Shown: one piece after another, positions 62,217 to 64,000 of the stretch
How positions within the stretch are numbered: position 1 is the first letter of the stretch
Layout: the number at the start of each line of letters is the position of its first letter
Assembly: GCF_009914755.1 (NCBI RefSeq)
Contig: NC_060928.1
Source of the DNA: the human T2T-CHM13v2.0 reference genome, Homo sapiens
Length of the DNA: 64,000 nt
Strand: one strand, 5' to 3'
Notes under the pieces: model-generated
Seen by the model: only the letters and a program-made list of their open reading frames with translations
The model's database searches: none
Told to the model about the DNA's origin: nothing
Translations under genes and position numbers: made by a program

Positions 62217-62814
62217 TTGATAGCTAATTCCAATATTTTTTCAGGATCAGCTGTGAGTTTATGTGCACATTTGTCTTACACCGAAACCTAGATCAATTCC
62301 TATAAACTGAGTTGCTAAGGATCCTACCCACATTTATTTAAAATGTTTATTTTTTTCTCTTTTCTGCTTACCATCTATAAAAATAAAGACACATGTTTTA
62401 TTCATTCAGATTACCACCTGGAAATAGTTGCTCATGCAGAAGGTCACCAAAGTTATGAGAATGAGAGCATAAAGCTTATAATTGTGTCTCAATTTGCAAA
62501 TAATGGGAAAATGTGTTGTAAAAAACTAAATTTAAGTTACACAAGGTTAAAATCAACCATTAAATTGAAAGACAGATTTAACTTTTACTGACACTTGTTA
62601 TCAACGTTTGATGTTAACCAAACATACGATTCAGTGTTAATTTTGGTGATATTTTGTGAATGAACTGGTGATATTATTCTAGAATAGACATCCACTATTA
62701 ATAAGTTGGCTGCATTATTTAGAAGGAATATTTTTTATTTCTTTCTGCCAAAATTAACATATGCATGAAGAAGTCCCCACTTTTTGGTATATGTTTAAAA
62801 GTTAAATGAAAGCT

Positions 62815-63010
62815 TTGTATATATGGAGATACGTAGTTTTATCTCTATCTATATATAGATATGTTTTATAGATATAAAACCACGCATATAGTTTTAAATA
62901 TATATATCCAGATGAAACTATATATAGCTATATATAGATATAGAGGTATAATATAGATGTATTGATATATATATAATATAGATATATATTAATAGTTACA
63001 TATATGTTTA
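62815..63010. repeat. TA-rich low-complexity tract
   Basis: Seen directly. Confidence 0.85.
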
Positions 63011-63679
63011 TTAGAACTGTTCATGTGTGTCATTCACTTATATATGAATGATAAGGTTGAAAGGTCTTGGCAGCATTATTATTCCGTGAGTAAAGGGTGA
63101 AGGAAATAATTATGTTTCAAAACTGAAAATGAATATGGAGATTTTTCATACAGCGATTGACATTCACCATGAAACGACTAGAATAAAATTGACTTAAAAA
63201 ATTCTTCATGATAAATCAAAATTAAAAAGTTGAATGAAAGTATACCTACTTGAGGATAACACTTTAAGAATTTTGTAGAGTTTTATAAAAAAAAAACCTA
63301 TAAAAAACTCTCTTTTCTTTTTTTTTGTAAACTTTATTGCTTTTGCTCAAATATCAGAAGTAATACAATCTACCTGTAACACATTCACAGAATACACAAA
63401 TGTATTAAATCAAAAGTAAAATTTCCTCCCACTACCATCTCCTCCTCCTCAAAGGTAACATGATGTTTCATGCCGATGCTATCCAGGCTCTGTTTTCTAT
63501 GAGTATATGGCTTAATGTGACAATATAGAGAGAACTCTTCAAAGATTTTATCATTTCCGTTTGTCTGTTCATATATGAGGGTATTTAAGTAATTCGTAAT
63601 TTTCCAATTTGGAAACATATTTCAATAAATGTGCTACATAGACTGACAGATGGAAGAGGCACGGCCATTTGCTGTAACC

Positions 63680-63830
63680 CATTCATATGCTCAACAATCC
63701 TAGGAAATAGTTATTAGTATCTCACATTTTACAGTGATGCAACTAAGGCCCAGAGAGGTTAATTAACTAGAGTAAAACCACGTAAACCAGAAAGCTAACA
63801 ATCTAGCCAGGCTGGCTGTGAAATCCAGTT
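63680..63830 (-). mobile_element. MIR
   Basis: cattttacagtgatgcaactaaggcccagagaggttaattaact core. Confidence 0.7.
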
Positions 63831-64000
63831 TCAGTACCTTCTCTCTTCCAGCAGTTTGGCCAGGACCTCAGGTCTATTGCTCACTCTCTGAGGCACTGAG
63901 CACCTTTATTCTGTCTACACTTTAGTCTCTTCATGTGCAAAAAAGGAGAGATACGTATTCTATGTGTCTAGCACATAGTAAGTGCTCAATAAAGGTGAAT

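Overview
Human (primate) genomic DNA: AT-rich, CpG-poor and repeat-rich, with no credible host protein-coding gene. The ORF-track entries are Alu-, L1- or microsatellite-derived, or are short chance ORFs. One clear 160-nt + strand exon (29727-29886) has strong splice sites. From memory it matches an internal exon of the lncRNA/miRNA host gene MIR99AHG (LINC00478/C21orf34, chr21q21.1), so the window is probably intronic; I did not see the miR-99a or let-7c hairpins in it. Repeats include about 17 Alu-family copies (one young AluYa-type), a 2.4-kb 5'-truncated L1PA, older L1M, L2 and MIR copies, solo LTRs (THE1C, MER31-like, LTR47-like, MLT1), a Tigger3-type element, MER5 and two half-MADE1/Hsmar1 TIRs. 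The most notable observations are: (1) a half-MADE1 whose second TIR is replaced by a ~170-bp inverted copy of nearby DNA, inside a twin-primed L1MA; (2) a ~1.1-kb antisense retrocopy resembling the CHTOP 3' UTR; (3) a perfect 73-bp tandem duplication; (4) a perfect 19-bp hairpin beside a 27-bp duplication; (5) a non-Alu CpG cluster with a CTCF-like motif. Gene and subfamily names come from recall and were not database-checked. I find no evidence of a new multi-gene system.
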